Both the position numbers and the translations under genes were made by a program. A stretch of DNA of 64,000 nucleotides from Vampirovibrionales bacterium (GTDB lineage: Bacteria; Cyanobacteriota; Vampirovibrionia; Vampirovibrionales; JAJTHC01). Positions 20,752 to 30,450 of this stretch are shown here, in pieces. Position 1 is the stretch's first letter. Each line of letters opens with the position of its first letter. The stretch lies in contig JBIKNF010000008.1 in NCBI GenBank assembly GCA_044358835.1, positions 9,873 through 73,872 of the forward strand, written 5' to 3'. The notes under the pieces are model-generated. The model was not told where the DNA came from and searched no databases. It worked only from the letters and a program-made list of their open reading frames with translations.

Positions 20752-20974
20752 AAGCTAGATTTAATACTAACATAAGTACAATCATAAGTACAAAAACATC
20801 TTCGACGTGGGCTTGAAACATAGGCTTAAGCAAAAAGACTTCAATCCCTCTCTAATCCCCTAATCCCATTGTAAAGGACGTATTTCTTAAGAAGTGCCCT
20901 TCATACGGTTCTGCCGTTGTATAGTGTTCGAAAGATGGTTTTAAACCATCCCACCCCCTTTAGGCGGAGAGTGA

Positions 20975-22633
20975 CTAAACCGATTTTTTTAAAAACTTCT
21001 GCTTTAAGCGTTGGGCCACTTCATCCACTTCACGAATGCCAAGGGCGTGACACAACCCCACATAAAGCCCGCCACCTATCCCAAGGGTGAGTAGGCTAAT
21101 CCACAAGGCATGGGCAAAGGCAAGCGATTGAATGGCAACAGGCAAATACGCAAAGCTTTGTTGAGCCAAATATAACAGCCCCAGCATGGGTAAAGACGCC
21201 AACGTCAACTTGCCCAAGGTCACGCTTAACGCCTTAATAGGCAACAACTTAAAATACTGATGCTTTAAGAAGTAAGACAACACCACTAAATTAAACAGTG
21301 TAATCACCGTAATGGACGCCGTAATGCCCGCAACCCCCATTTTCAGCTTCACAATGAACACGTAATTCATCACGGCTTTTAGGGCAATGGCTAGTACGCC
21401 CACCAACATGGGTGTTTTAGAATCTTGATAGGCATAAAAAACGCGGGTGACGGTGTCTCTCGCGAAATAAGGAATAATCTGAAGGCTTTGCCACGCAATA
21501 GCCACAGCTAAGAGGCTCGCATCTTCTGTGCCAAAACGACCGTGCGAAAACAACGATTCAATAAACGGCAACGGCGCAAGCCCTAAAATGAGCATCATAG
21601 GCAGGGACAAAAACCAAAGCCCACCAATACTTTTAACCAATAAGGATGCCAAGGCGTCTTGGTTTTTCGTATTCACCAATTCCACTAAGCGAGGAAACAA
21701 CGGCACCAATAACGCGGTTTGCAACACGCCCAAGGGCAATTGAATCAAGCGGTTTGAAAACACCACGGCTGACCACGCCCCTTCAGGCAAATCCGCCACA
21801 AAAAACATGTCCACATAAATCATCAATTGCCCCATCGAAGAACCCAACACCGCAGGCCACAGTAAGTGGATCCACGCTTTTGCTTCAGGCGACTGCCACT
21901 CTTTTAAGCGAAGCATCCCCGAAAAGCCTTTGCCGAAAAATTCAGGCAATTGCAATAATCCTTGTAAAACAGCGCCTAATAAAGACGCCCACGCTAGAAC
22001 CAAGCCCGTTTCATCCGCCCCAAAAAAAACCAGGGCTAGCATCATCACCACGCTCATCACCACCGGCGACAAAGCCGGCCAAACGTAAACATGTAACATG
22101 TTTAACGCCCCATACAAAAAGCCCACCAGCCCCCCTATCCAAATAATGGGAGACATAATTTGTAGTTGCGTTGCGGCCAAATTGACGAGTTCAGGTTTGG
22201 CGCCATGGCCTAAAATTAGGGACATAATCGGGTGAGCAAAAAAGTACACCAAAACACTCAAAATCGCGAACACCACGCCCGTCAATGTAGTAAGTGTACT
22301 GGCGAGTTGCTTGGCTTTTTGAGACGGCACGAGATGACCAGCAGGATTTTTTTCAAGTAAAGCGGTGAAAATACTAACGGTTGCCGTATGAAACGGCCCG
22401 CCCAAGCCTCCCAGCAAAATAAGCGAAAATTGGGGTAACTGAAACGCGGCAAAGTAGGCGTCGCTTACTACACTAAAGCCGTAGTGTTGGGCAATCATCA
22501 CATCACGCACAAATCCAGCCAGTTTAGAAAGTAATAACAACACCGCCATAAAAGTGGCTGCTTTTAGCAAGCTTTTTTGCACAGGCACTTTAGAAGAGGG
22601 AGGGGGTGTTTGAAACGCTTCAGGCGCCGCCAT
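20975..22633 (-). CDS. murJ: Lipid II flippase
   Basis: SKLAGFVRDVMIA, SDAYFAAFQLP, GGLGGPFH, NRLIQLPLG, ~14 TM segments. Confidence 0.95.
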   Translation of the reverse strand: MAAPEAFQTPPPSSKVPVQKSLLKAATFMAVLLLLSKLAGFVRDVMIAQHYGFSVVSDAYFAAFQLPQFSLILLGGLGGPFHTATVSIFTALLEKNPAGHLVPSQKAKQLASTLTTLTGVVFAILSVLVYFFAHPIMSLILGHGAKPELVNLAATQLQIMSPIIWIGGLVGFLYGALNMLHVYVWPALSPVVMSVVMMLALVFFGADETGLVLAWASLLGAVLQGLLQLPEFFGKGFSGMLRLKEWQSPEAKAWIHLLWPAVLGSSMGQLMIYVDMFFVADLPEGAWSAVVFSNRLIQLPLGVLQTALLVPLFPRLVELVNTKNQDALASLLVKSIGGLWFLSLPMMLILGLAPLPFIESLFSHGRFGTEDASLLAVAIAWQSLQIIPYFARDTVTRVFYAYQDSKTPMLVGVLAIALKAVMNYVFIVKLKMGVAGITASITVITLFNLVVLSYFLKHQYFKLLPIKALSVTLGKLTLASLPMLGLLYLAQQSFAYLPVAIQSLAFAHALWISLLTLGIGGGLYVGLCHALGIREVDEVAQRLKQKFLKKSV

Positions 22634-24422
22634 GAGGGGGGGGGTCCATTTCTTTTAAGAACTCTTGTACATAGGCGATTTCATCGGTACGGTTTTGCAC
22701 TTGGCCTGTAATACGCGCCATTCGCAAGCGTTTTAAGCACTTGCCAATGGCTTCACCCTTGGGCATGCCCAAATCAATTAAATCATCGCCTGTTAAGTCA
22801 GGTTTTAAGCCACGCCAGCGTTTAAGGTAACGGGTCAATGGTTCAAGCCAAGCTTGGGCGTTTTCTTGCTGTAAAACGTAGGCAATTAAGGCAATCGATT
22901 CGTAAGCGTCAAAGGCGTTGCATAATTGTAAGGCAGACGCATCTAAATTAAGTTGCTTAAGCGGTTGACGTTCTAAAAGCTTATTGTAATCGCTTAAAAT
23001 GTCTTTGCATCCGCGGGTGAGTTCAAGGCGAATCATGAGTTTTTGACTTAAAGCCACTTGCCCACGCAGCGGAGCCAACAGGTAACATAGGTAAATATAC
23101 CACAAGGCCCGCTCATTACAGGTGTCAGGGTCTAAAGGATCGCAGTAGGGTGATTCTAGCTGAAAGACGTCTTGCAGGTTGTTTTGTACGTCTGCCCAAA
23201 GGTGTTGTAACTGCACCAAACTTTCCACAATGGCGCGACGTTCTTCAAAACTTAAGTGAAGGGGTTGTGGATCTTCAGGACTTTCTGAAAAGCTCATCAT
23301 AAAGAGTTTGATGCCTTGCATACCCAAAAACTGGTTGAAGAGATCATGCTTGAGTTTTGAAGGTGGTAAAGACAGCCACTCTTTCAGGGATTCTTTGATT
23401 CTAGCCCCCCCGCCCTTGTAACAGGTCACATGCAACATGCTTAAGGCTTCTTGCATGAGCCATTGCGTTTGAGGAGAAAGCTGAAAGCGCAGGCGATTGG
23501 CAAACTTAAAGGCCCTTAAGATACGGGAAGGATCCTCAAAAAAGGTGGCCCCTGTGAGTACATGAATCGCTCGTGCTTCTAGGTCTTGCAAGCCATTGAC
23601 GTAATCGTAAAGCATGCCAACATCATGAATGGCGAGTGCCAGCGTGTTGACGCTAAAATCTCGACGGCGAATATCTTCGTACAACGGCACGCCTCGCTTC
23701 ATTACAGTTGGCAATGCCCCACAATACGGGTAGCGTTCTTCTCGAGTGGAAGCCATATCCAACATAATTAAATCTTTGTACTGTAGCTTTGCGGTGCCAA
23801 ACTCTGCATAAACTTCTTCAATACGAAAGTTACGAGATTGAGAATCTACGGCTTGGGCGGCCTTGTCACCTTGGCCTTCAACGGTAATATCCACATCCCG
23901 AATGAGCATTTTACGGTCTTCTGTGAGGATTAAATCCCGCGCCACCCCGCCAATCAGGTAGCCCTGTAACTGAAAGCGTTTAAACAAGGATTGTAATTCA
24001 TACAACGCCGCAATAAACTTGACGGGAAACAATACACTGAGCTGTTGTTTCATGTCAAATTCATGCTTGTGGTGCGATTCCTTCAAGTACGTTTCATTTA
24101 ACAGTAGGGCAGGAAAGATGTTTTGCACAAAGTTTTGAGTCGGCTGGTAAGGTACACTAATCACACGAACAGGCAAATGCCCCAATTGCATAGAAACCAT
24201 GCGTTCTAAATCAGCCCGAAACACCACAAATTGAAAGCCGTTTTGAAGGAAAGTTTCCGCAGAAGCCACTGAATGAAGATCCACAGGGGCATAAAAGCAA
24301 GGGGTGGCTTCCGCCTTAAAACGAAGTAAGGCCTCTTCAATGGGGGTTTGAGCTTCAAGCGTCCATGGGGTGGCTTGAACCAAAAAAGGCTTCTTTTTTT
24401 TGGGGATTTCAGAGATTGACAT
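22620..24422 (-). CDS. Class II tRNA nucleotidyltransferase (CCA/A-adding)
   Basis: YLIGGVARDLIL, DVDITVEG, FGTAK, DIRRRDFSVN, EDPSRILRA, C-terminal LTGDDLIDLG...G..IG. Confidence 0.9.
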   Translation of the reverse strand: MSISEIPKKKKPFLVQATPWTLEAQTPIEEALLRFKAEATPCFYAPVDLHSVASAETFLQNGFQFVVFRADLERMVSMQLGHLPVRVISVPYQPTQNFVQNIFPALLLNETYLKESHHKHEFDMKQQLSVLFPVKFIAALYELQSLFKRFQLQGYLIGGVARDLILTEDRKMLIRDVDITVEGQGDKAAQAVDSQSRNFRIEEVYAEFGTAKLQYKDLIMLDMASTREERYPYCGALPTVMKRGVPLYEDIRRRDFSVNTLALAIHDVGMLYDYVNGLQDLEARAIHVLTGATFFEDPSRILRAFKFANRLRFQLSPQTQWLMQEALSMLHVTCYKGGGARIKESLKEWLSLPPSKLKHDLFNQFLGMQGIKLFMMSFSESPEDPQPLHLSFEERRAIVESLVQLQHLWADVQNNLQDVFQLESPYCDPLDPDTCNERALWYIYLCYLLAPLRGQVALSQKLMIRLELTRGCKDILSDYNKLLERQPLKQLNLDASALQLCNAFDAYESIALIAYVLQQENAQAWLEPLTRYLKRWRGLKPDLTGDDLIDLGMPKGEAIGKCLKRLRMARITGQVQNRTDEIAYVQEFLKEMDPPPHGGA

Positions 24423-24844
24423 GAAAACTCGTGAAGGGGTTGAGGTGAATTTTCTTTATTCTATCAGAAAAACAAATGGACCAAACAAAAAAACGATTTC
24501 AGGCCCTTTGTTCACAAATGGGGAGAATGTTTCACTCAGTTTGTGAACAATTATTACAAAAATATAATTTTAAGATTTAAATCTCTTTTATTTAGATAAC
24601 ACAGACAAGGTTCATTGATTTACCAATTTAGACGTATAGAGTGTGCCTTTCTTTGCAAATCTATAAACTCACAGATCTTTTGATCATGTACTTCCTTTTC
24701 GTCTAAGGAACTGCACGAGAGGACCTGACGAAAAGACGACCCTTTATGACATTGACCCAAAAACTTCGTCTCGCATAGGAACCCATAGATTCTTAATACT
24801 GAAAACACTTCATTTACATTAGAGAAAAGAAACGAGGAGACATA

Positions 24845-25798
24845 ATGAGTTACAATATGAGCCAACCCGTTGGTTATGCACCAAACCCTTGGAGCAATCT
24901 TAACCAAGTGGGGGCCAATAACTATACTTTAGTACAACCCGGTAAAAATGCTTGGATCAATCAAGACAGCACCGGGGGCTGGCAGTCTAGAATTGACAGT
25001 TACGGTAAAAACACCGGAGGCCTTCAAACAGGGGGGCATAACCTAATTGCCAACAGCTATAATGGTGGTAATACCTGGTTTGACCAAAGTTACGCCAACC
25101 AACAATTTGCCAACGTGTATGGCGGAAACTTTAACGTCAACCAAAAATATGGCGACTTCGGTCAAGGCAATTTTTACGGGGGTTATGGCAACTTTAATAC
25201 GGATTACATCAATAATTCCAACGCTTGGTTTTCGGGTAGTCAATTTAACGCCAATCAAAACCGTGGTTTCTATGCCAGCACCTTTGCAGACAACAGCACG
25301 GGTAACATCAACCACTTAGGCAACCAGTATTCCAACGTTCAAAACACCAATGGTACGGTCAATTCAAACCAAGTAAGTGGCTATGCGAACTACGCCACCA
25401 ATGGGCCTCAAGCAAATGGAAATTACAACCAACAAGGTAGTTTCAACAACTTTGGCAACTTTGGTGGGAATGTAAACACCACCCAAAACGGTTTTGCTTC
25501 AACGGCTTACAACGTACGGGGTACCGGAACCTATAGCCAGCTGGGTGGTTCTTTTGCCACAGCCGTTAACGGTGCGCAAGGCACAGGTTCTTTCACCCAA
25601 GGTAACGTGTACAACAACGGTTTTAACGCCAGTGCTTCTGGAGCATTGTTTAACCAAACGGGCTACAAAAACGGCTTGGTGACGTATGCCGGTTCCAACA
25701 CAGAAGCGTACCAAAAAGGAAGCATTAACGATATTTGGAGCTACGGTCAAGCCTTGAATGGCACGCAGAATGGTGTTAAGAACACCGCCTTGATCTAA
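24845..25798 (+). CDS. Asn/Gly/Gln-rich curlin-like repeat protein without signal peptide
   Basis: RBS GAGGAG. Few charged residues, no Cys. Recurrent QxGxxN-type motifs (QVGANN, QTGGHN, QQGSFN, QTGYKN, QKGSIN, QNGVKN). Confidence 0.75.
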   Translation: MSYNMSQPVGYAPNPWSNLNQVGANNYTLVQPGKNAWINQDSTGGWQSRIDSYGKNTGGLQTGGHNLIANSYNGGNTWFDQSYANQQFANVYGGNFNVNQKYGDFGQGNFYGGYGNFNTDYINNSNAWFSGSQFNANQNRGFYASTFADNSTGNINHLGNQYSNVQNTNGTVNSNQVSGYANYATNGPQANGNYNQQGSFNNFGNFGGNVNTTQNGFASTAYNVRGTGTYSQLGGSFATAVNGAQGTGSFTQGNVYNNGFNASASGALFNQTGYKNGLVTYAGSNTEAYQKGSINDIWSYGQALNGTQNGVKNTALI

Positions 25799-25819
25799 GC
25801 GTTTAGCACTCCTTTTTTT

Positions 25820-25856
25820 ATAATCCCCCTTCTTGAATAGGAAGGGGGATTATTTC
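25820..25856 (+). terminator. Intrinsic terminator
   Basis: 13-bp stem ATAATCCCCCTTC/GAAGGGGGATTAT after the curlin-like gene. Confidence 0.75.
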
Positions 25857-25952
25857 GTAAAAATCTCATAAACAAGCCATGGCCTGTAGCCAGAAAAAGC
25901 CCCTTGCCCTCGTGTGCTTTCCAAGTTGTGGAGATAATGCTATAATAAAGCC

Positions 25953-27191
25953 ATGTTTAAATTCCTTCAAAAAACTATTGCGGCAAGCAAGCCTAAGGTC
26001 TTGCAAGTGTCTAAAAATTTTTCTGTACCCTTGGCAGACTTTCTTTCCACAGGGGAGCGGGACGCCATTTTGGCGTCTTCAGGTATGGGTAAATCATATT
26101 TAACGGGCGTTTTGCTTGAAGAAACGCTTGAAAATGGCACGCTTGTTTGCATTATTGATCCTGAAGGCGAACATTTCACTCTGGCTGAAAAGTATCCTTG
26201 CTTGATTATTGGCGGAGAACACGCCCATGTTCCCTTTGACCCTGCGGGGGTTGAACTGTATATTGAAGCGATGATTACCACAGGGCTTTCGACGATTTTT
26301 GACTTGTCTGATTTTATCGACACCGAACAGCAGGCGTATTACGCCATTATTGGTGATGCTTTGTTTCGCTTAGAACAAAAATATCGCCGTAAAGTTCGAT
26401 TGGTGGTGGAAGAAGCGCAAATTTATGCCCCGCAAAACGGAGGCGTTGGGGGATCTAAAAAAAAGAATCAGGGACTCGATGCAATTACGGTGTCTCAACG
26501 CATTGCAAAACGAGGCCGTAAACGAGCATTAGACAGCCTTTGGGCCACCCAACGACCCGCCAGTTTAAGTAAAGATATTTTGTCTCAATGCAACCGTTTT
26601 TGGTTTGGGGGCATTACGTCTGAACTAGATTACAAAGCCATTAAGCCCTTTTTAACCGAAGCAGGCATTGGTTTTCAAGAAATAAAAAGCCTTCAACCGG
26701 GGGAGTTTTTCTATTATGCCAAAGGTAAAACCACGCGCATTAAGGTGCGTAAGCGCTATTGTAAACACGCAGGGGCTACTCCAGATGCTGGCATGACCTT
26801 CACCCCCGCGACCGACAAATCTCTTGAAGCGGTGATGGGTAACTTGGCTAAGAAAATTGAAGCCAAAGCCGAAGAATTAAAGCTAGAACAAAGTGAAATT
26901 CAGCGATTGCAAGAATTATTACGTAAGCAGGAACGTAAGATCGAGCAGTTGCGTGAAGAACTTGAACGCGAACGCATGGCCACCAAAGTGATTGAACGCT
27001 TGGGCGGAAATGGGTTACAAGCCACCGGTGAAGCCTTGGCAGGCATGGATTTTGAAGCGCTTTCAAGTTTAGAAGCAGGCACTGCCAGACGAAGTCGTCG
27101 TCGTAAATCCAAAGATTCAGGGGATATTGCCACCCCTGCCAGCGAAGTAAGTCTTTCCACTTGGGTGGAACCGGGTAAAATTCAGCTTTAA
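25953..27191 (+). CDS. HerA/FtsK-superfamily ATPase (DUF87-like) with C-terminal coiled coil
   Basis: Walker A ASSGMGKS, IIDPEGE, Walker B VVEEAQ, arginine-finger region KRGRK, ATQRP, heptad-rich tail. Confidence 0.85.
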   Translation: MFKFLQKTIAASKPKVLQVSKNFSVPLADFLSTGERDAILASSGMGKSYLTGVLLEETLENGTLVCIIDPEGEHFTLAEKYPCLIIGGEHAHVPFDPAGVELYIEAMITTGLSTIFDLSDFIDTEQQAYYAIIGDALFRLEQKYRRKVRLVVEEAQIYAPQNGGVGGSKKKNQGLDAITVSQRIAKRGRKRALDSLWATQRPASLSKDILSQCNRFWFGGITSELDYKAIKPFLTEAGIGFQEIKSLQPGEFFYYAKGKTTRIKVRKRYCKHAGATPDAGMTFTPATDKSLEAVMGNLAKKIEAKAEELKLEQSEIQRLQELLRKQERKIEQLREELERERMATKVIERLGGNGLQATGEALAGMDFEALSSLEAGTARRSRRRKSKDSGDIATPASEVSLSTWVEPGKIQL

Positions 27192-28414
27192 CTTTCTGTG
27201 AACAAACGCTTAATCATATGTGTGACTACTACATCTTCAGAATTTTGGGTAATAGCTCCCGGCGTGCTTATCTCGTCTGTAACAGTAGCAACGGCTTGGT
27301 TTAAAACCAGTAAGGCCACCCCTACAATGGGGCGATCGGTCACATCGTCGTGCATCGGGCGAAGGTCATCTATTCTGACTGTCAACATACGGTTGGCATT
27401 TTCGGCCTGATATTCCAAGAATCCAATATTATTGGTGAGTTCGGCGACATTAGACGCGATGGGGTAGACTCTTAAAATAGCATTGGCACTGGTTAAAAAG
27501 ACCCCAAATTCTAAACTGTAACGAAACGAAGAATTGTTGATAGTGGCGTTAATCGTGTCTGAAGAAGCGGGCATGACCAAACGTACATTGGCCCGTGGGA
27601 AAGGACTGGCGTCCGCTTCTTGATTGTCGCGATTAAATACCAAACCTGTATTGAAGAGGGGATTCCCCGTCGCAGGTAAAATACCCCCCCCGCCGATGGT
27701 AGTGATCGCATCATAATCAAACATGCCCGCAGCATCAATATCGGTTGGGGTAATAAAGCCCCCCCATACGTTGTCGTTTCGAGGGTTATAAAGGGCTAAG
27801 TTCGCTTGTTGGTTGGCCATTGCAAGGCCCGTTCCCGTATAAGCGGTTGCCGAACTAGAGGCTCGATTTGCCGCCGAAGTGGCTGCGGCAACGGCGTTAT
27901 ACGTAGCGGCTGTCGCGGATGGAACAGGAATACAAGTCAGGCCATTAACTTTCACTACAGCGGTTGCCCCATAATTATGGCATTCCGTATTAAGGCTCAT
28001 TTTACGTTGAAAGCGTCGATACACTTGATTGGTGTTGGCGCGCTTATATAAGGTGAGTTCTGCAATTTTAATATCGGGGAAGCGAGGTTCAGAATAGACG
28101 TTCAAATCAAAAAACAATCTCTGGGAATTGGCGGCGTTCCCATTGTTACGTACAATCATTTGTTGCCGAACAGCGGCAAGATCATTTAGAGCTTCTACAT
28201 CTAAACGGTAAAAATCAATTCTATTTAAAACCTCATTTACGGCGTTATTTTCAGCATGCACTTGAGATGCTTGTAAATTAGCGGTAATAATACTTTGCAC
28301 CCCCAATAATAAGGCAGAAAAAGAAATGCCAAAAAACGTTAAGGCCAAGGCCACTTCAACCAGGTTAAAGCCGTATTGTTTGCGTGAAAACCGATTTTTG
28401 GGAGTAGAAGACAT
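27188..28414 (-). CDS. Type IV pilin/pseudopilin-like protein (prepilin N-terminus)
   Basis: Basic leader, then G|FNLVEVALAL class III signal peptide with Glu at +5, followed by a hydrophobic helix. Confidence 0.8.
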   Translation of the reverse strand: MSSTPKNRFSRKQYGFNLVEVALALTFFGISFSALLLGVQSIITANLQASQVHAENNAVNEVLNRIDFYRLDVEALNDLAAVRQQMIVRNNGNAANSQRLFFDLNVYSEPRFPDIKIAELTLYKRANTNQVYRRFQRKMSLNTECHNYGATAVVKVNGLTCIPVPSATAATYNAVAAATSAANRASSSATAYTGTGLAMANQQANLALYNPRNDNVWGGFITPTDIDAAGMFDYDAITTIGGGGILPATGNPLFNTGLVFNRDNQEADASPFPRANVRLVMPASSDTINATINNSSFRYSLEFGVFLTSANAILRVYPIASNVAELTNNIGFLEYQAENANRMLTVRIDDLRPMHDDVTDRPIVGVALLVLNQAVATVTDEISTPGAITQNSEDVVVTHMIKRLFTES

Positions 28415-28471
28415 GACTAAAAAATCCTTTACGTTTGTGGCTCAGCAGTCTTTGACCAAAGGCAAAACGCT

Positions 28472-29149
28472 TTAATTAATACTGTCTTTATATCGGTCAT
28501 AAAAACTTCTAAGGTATTTGTTTTGTTCAGCTCCCCAATGCTTGGTGGCTAAATCAGCGACGGTTTCTACTTTACCTGTTTGATCATCAATGTGAATCAA
28601 TACGACGTCCGAATTTAGGAGTATAAACTCCTCTGTGGCAGAAGGCAAGCCCGTCATCACCCCACCTGGTACGGCTTCAATAATCACAAACTCACGACGG
28701 TTGTAGCCCAAGGCTTCAAGTTCAGCAAGGGGGGCTGTCATCCAGGTAAATTCTTCTGGGTACAGCCATACCCGAATGTTACTGGGGTACTGTAAGTAGG
28801 TGGCCTGGCCGTTTACGGTATTGGGGTAAGTGTCTCGTCTAAAACTTGCGACAGAATCAAAGCTCCTTATGAAGTTCGGTACACCCGTTGTAAAATTCGC
28901 CTGTTCCTCTTGGGTATTGCAATTACCGTCTAAGTCCACATTTAAAGGGGTTACCCCATATCTGCCCACAATACGTTTATGAATAGAACTCAGATGATCC
29001 ACGTAAGTATCTATTTTTCGGCCTACGGTCGTGTCTGATTTATTAGGATTCAGCAACTGAAAACTCATGGTAATTAAAACGCCTAAAATCAAAAGAGAGA
29101 GAAGGATTTCCGTCATATTGTATGCGGCACAAAAAGGCTTAAGCTTCAT
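28472..29149 (-). CDS. Type IV pilin-like protein (atypical prepilin site)
   Basis: MKLKPFCAA|YNMTEILLSLLILGV: Glu at +5 and hydrophobic helix. ATG 29149 follows GGAG (ORF track start 29176). Confidence 0.7.
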   Translation of the reverse strand: MKLKPFCAAYNMTEILLSLLILGVLITMSFQLLNPNKSDTTVGRKIDTYVDHLSSIHKRIVGRYGVTPLNVDLDGNCNTQEEQANFTTGVPNFIRSFDSVASFRRDTYPNTVNGQATYLQYPSNIRVWLYPEEFTWMTAPLAELEALGYNRREFVIIEAVPGGVMTGLPSATEEFILLNSDVVLIHIDDQTGKVETVADLATKHWGAEQNKYLRSFYDRYKDSIN

Positions 29150-29314
29150 AAGAACACTCCATATCTTGAAAATCAAAAATAAGTTAAACCACTTCTCACT
29201 TCGGCCAAGGTTGGCATAACTTTATAAAAGTCCTTTAAATACGTTACCTTTGTTACATAATAAAAATGTGCTACAATAAGAAAATCATTTTAACGTGCTT
29301 AAAGGAATGCGTTC

Positions 29315-30445
29315 ATGTCTCGTGCTTCGCTTGAAAACTATAGTCCGTTTTTAAATAGCGGGGCTTCACGTTTAAATCCACTGCCTGAATACTTACAAGC
29401 GGTGCTAGAAGATGTGTCTCACGCCAAAAAGGAGGCGACTTTAACTGCCGAAAGCTTGAGCCGTTCGGCCTTTACTCACGTGGGTGTGGTCTTGTTGATC
29501 TTATGCTTTATAACCGTTAGTCGCCTGTTGGGGCTGAACTTCAATGAAGTGCCCCCCCCTGAACTCGCTATAGACAAACAAACCCCCATCGAGTTTGTTA
29601 TCGTCAATAATACGACGCCTGAAACGCCACGCAATCCCCAAACACGCAATCGAGCCAAAGTGGCCTCTCGCAGCGGAGGCATCAAAACCAACAGCCAAAA
29701 CAAGCGTGAAGCCACTCAAGCCTCTGGCGGACGCCCTTCTATTGCTCAACCCGCGCAACGGCAAGGTTCCACAGCCCCCACCCCGACACAAGAATCGGCA
29801 CCAAAAGCAGATAAACCAGCTAAAAGTCAAAAGCCTTGGTGGCAAATAGAAGCCCCTACCCAAACGCGTCCCATTGGGGTGAAAAAGCCCAAGGCCGTTG
29901 TTTCAAGCGGAGGCGGTAGCCCTCAATCAAAAAGCATACAAGGGCAAGGCGATGATGACTTGGCTCCACTGACCAAGCCCAGCTCTACCGCAGGGGGCTC
30001 AGGCACGCGTTCAGCCACACGACTGCCTTCTTCTGAAGCGGGCAACGGCACGCGGACCCAAGCCGCCACCGCCACCAGCGTCAAAGGCGCCGGAGGCAAC
30101 GGCAAGTTTAGTTCCAAAGGGCAAAACGGCGGAGGCGGAGGCCTGGCAGGCGTGGATGCTGTAGCCGATGTGGACATGTCGCCTTATATTTCAACCGTGC
30201 AACGGCGTATTTACCGCAACTGGCGTCCTTCCCTAGAACTCAGTTCACTGACTTCTGAATACACGCTGGTTATTTCACGCACAGGGGCATTGCTGAACTT
30301 TCGTTTAAAACGTTCCAGTGGCAACCCTTTATTTGAAGAATTGGCCACTTCTGCCATTACGGCGACGACGTTTCCACCTTTACCCACAGGGTACCGTGGG
30401 CAGTCTGTTGTGATTGATTTTTACTTTGATTATGACAAGAAATAG
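29315..30445 (+). CDS. TonB/TolA-like protein (TM anchor, low-complexity linker, TonB C-terminal domain)
   Basis: TM helix containing His (SAFTHVGVVLL), Pro/Ser/Gly linker, YISTVQRRIYRNWRP...SSGNPLFEELATSAI...FPPLP. Confidence 0.85.
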   Translation: MSRASLENYSPFLNSGASRLNPLPEYLQAVLEDVSHAKKEATLTAESLSRSAFTHVGVVLLILCFITVSRLLGLNFNEVPPPELAIDKQTPIEFVIVNNTTPETPRNPQTRNRAKVASRSGGIKTNSQNKREATQASGGRPSIAQPAQRQGSTAPTPTQESAPKADKPAKSQKPWWQIEAPTQTRPIGVKKPKAVVSSGGGSPQSKSIQGQGDDDLAPLTKPSSTAGGSGTRSATRLPSSEAGNGTRTQAATATSVKGAGGNGKFSSKGQNGGGGGLAGVDAVADVDMSPYISTVQRRIYRNWRPSLELSSLTSEYTLVISRTGALLNFRLKRSSGNPLFEELATSAITATTFPPLPTGYRGQSVVIDFYFDYDKK

Positions 30446-30450
30446 GATGC

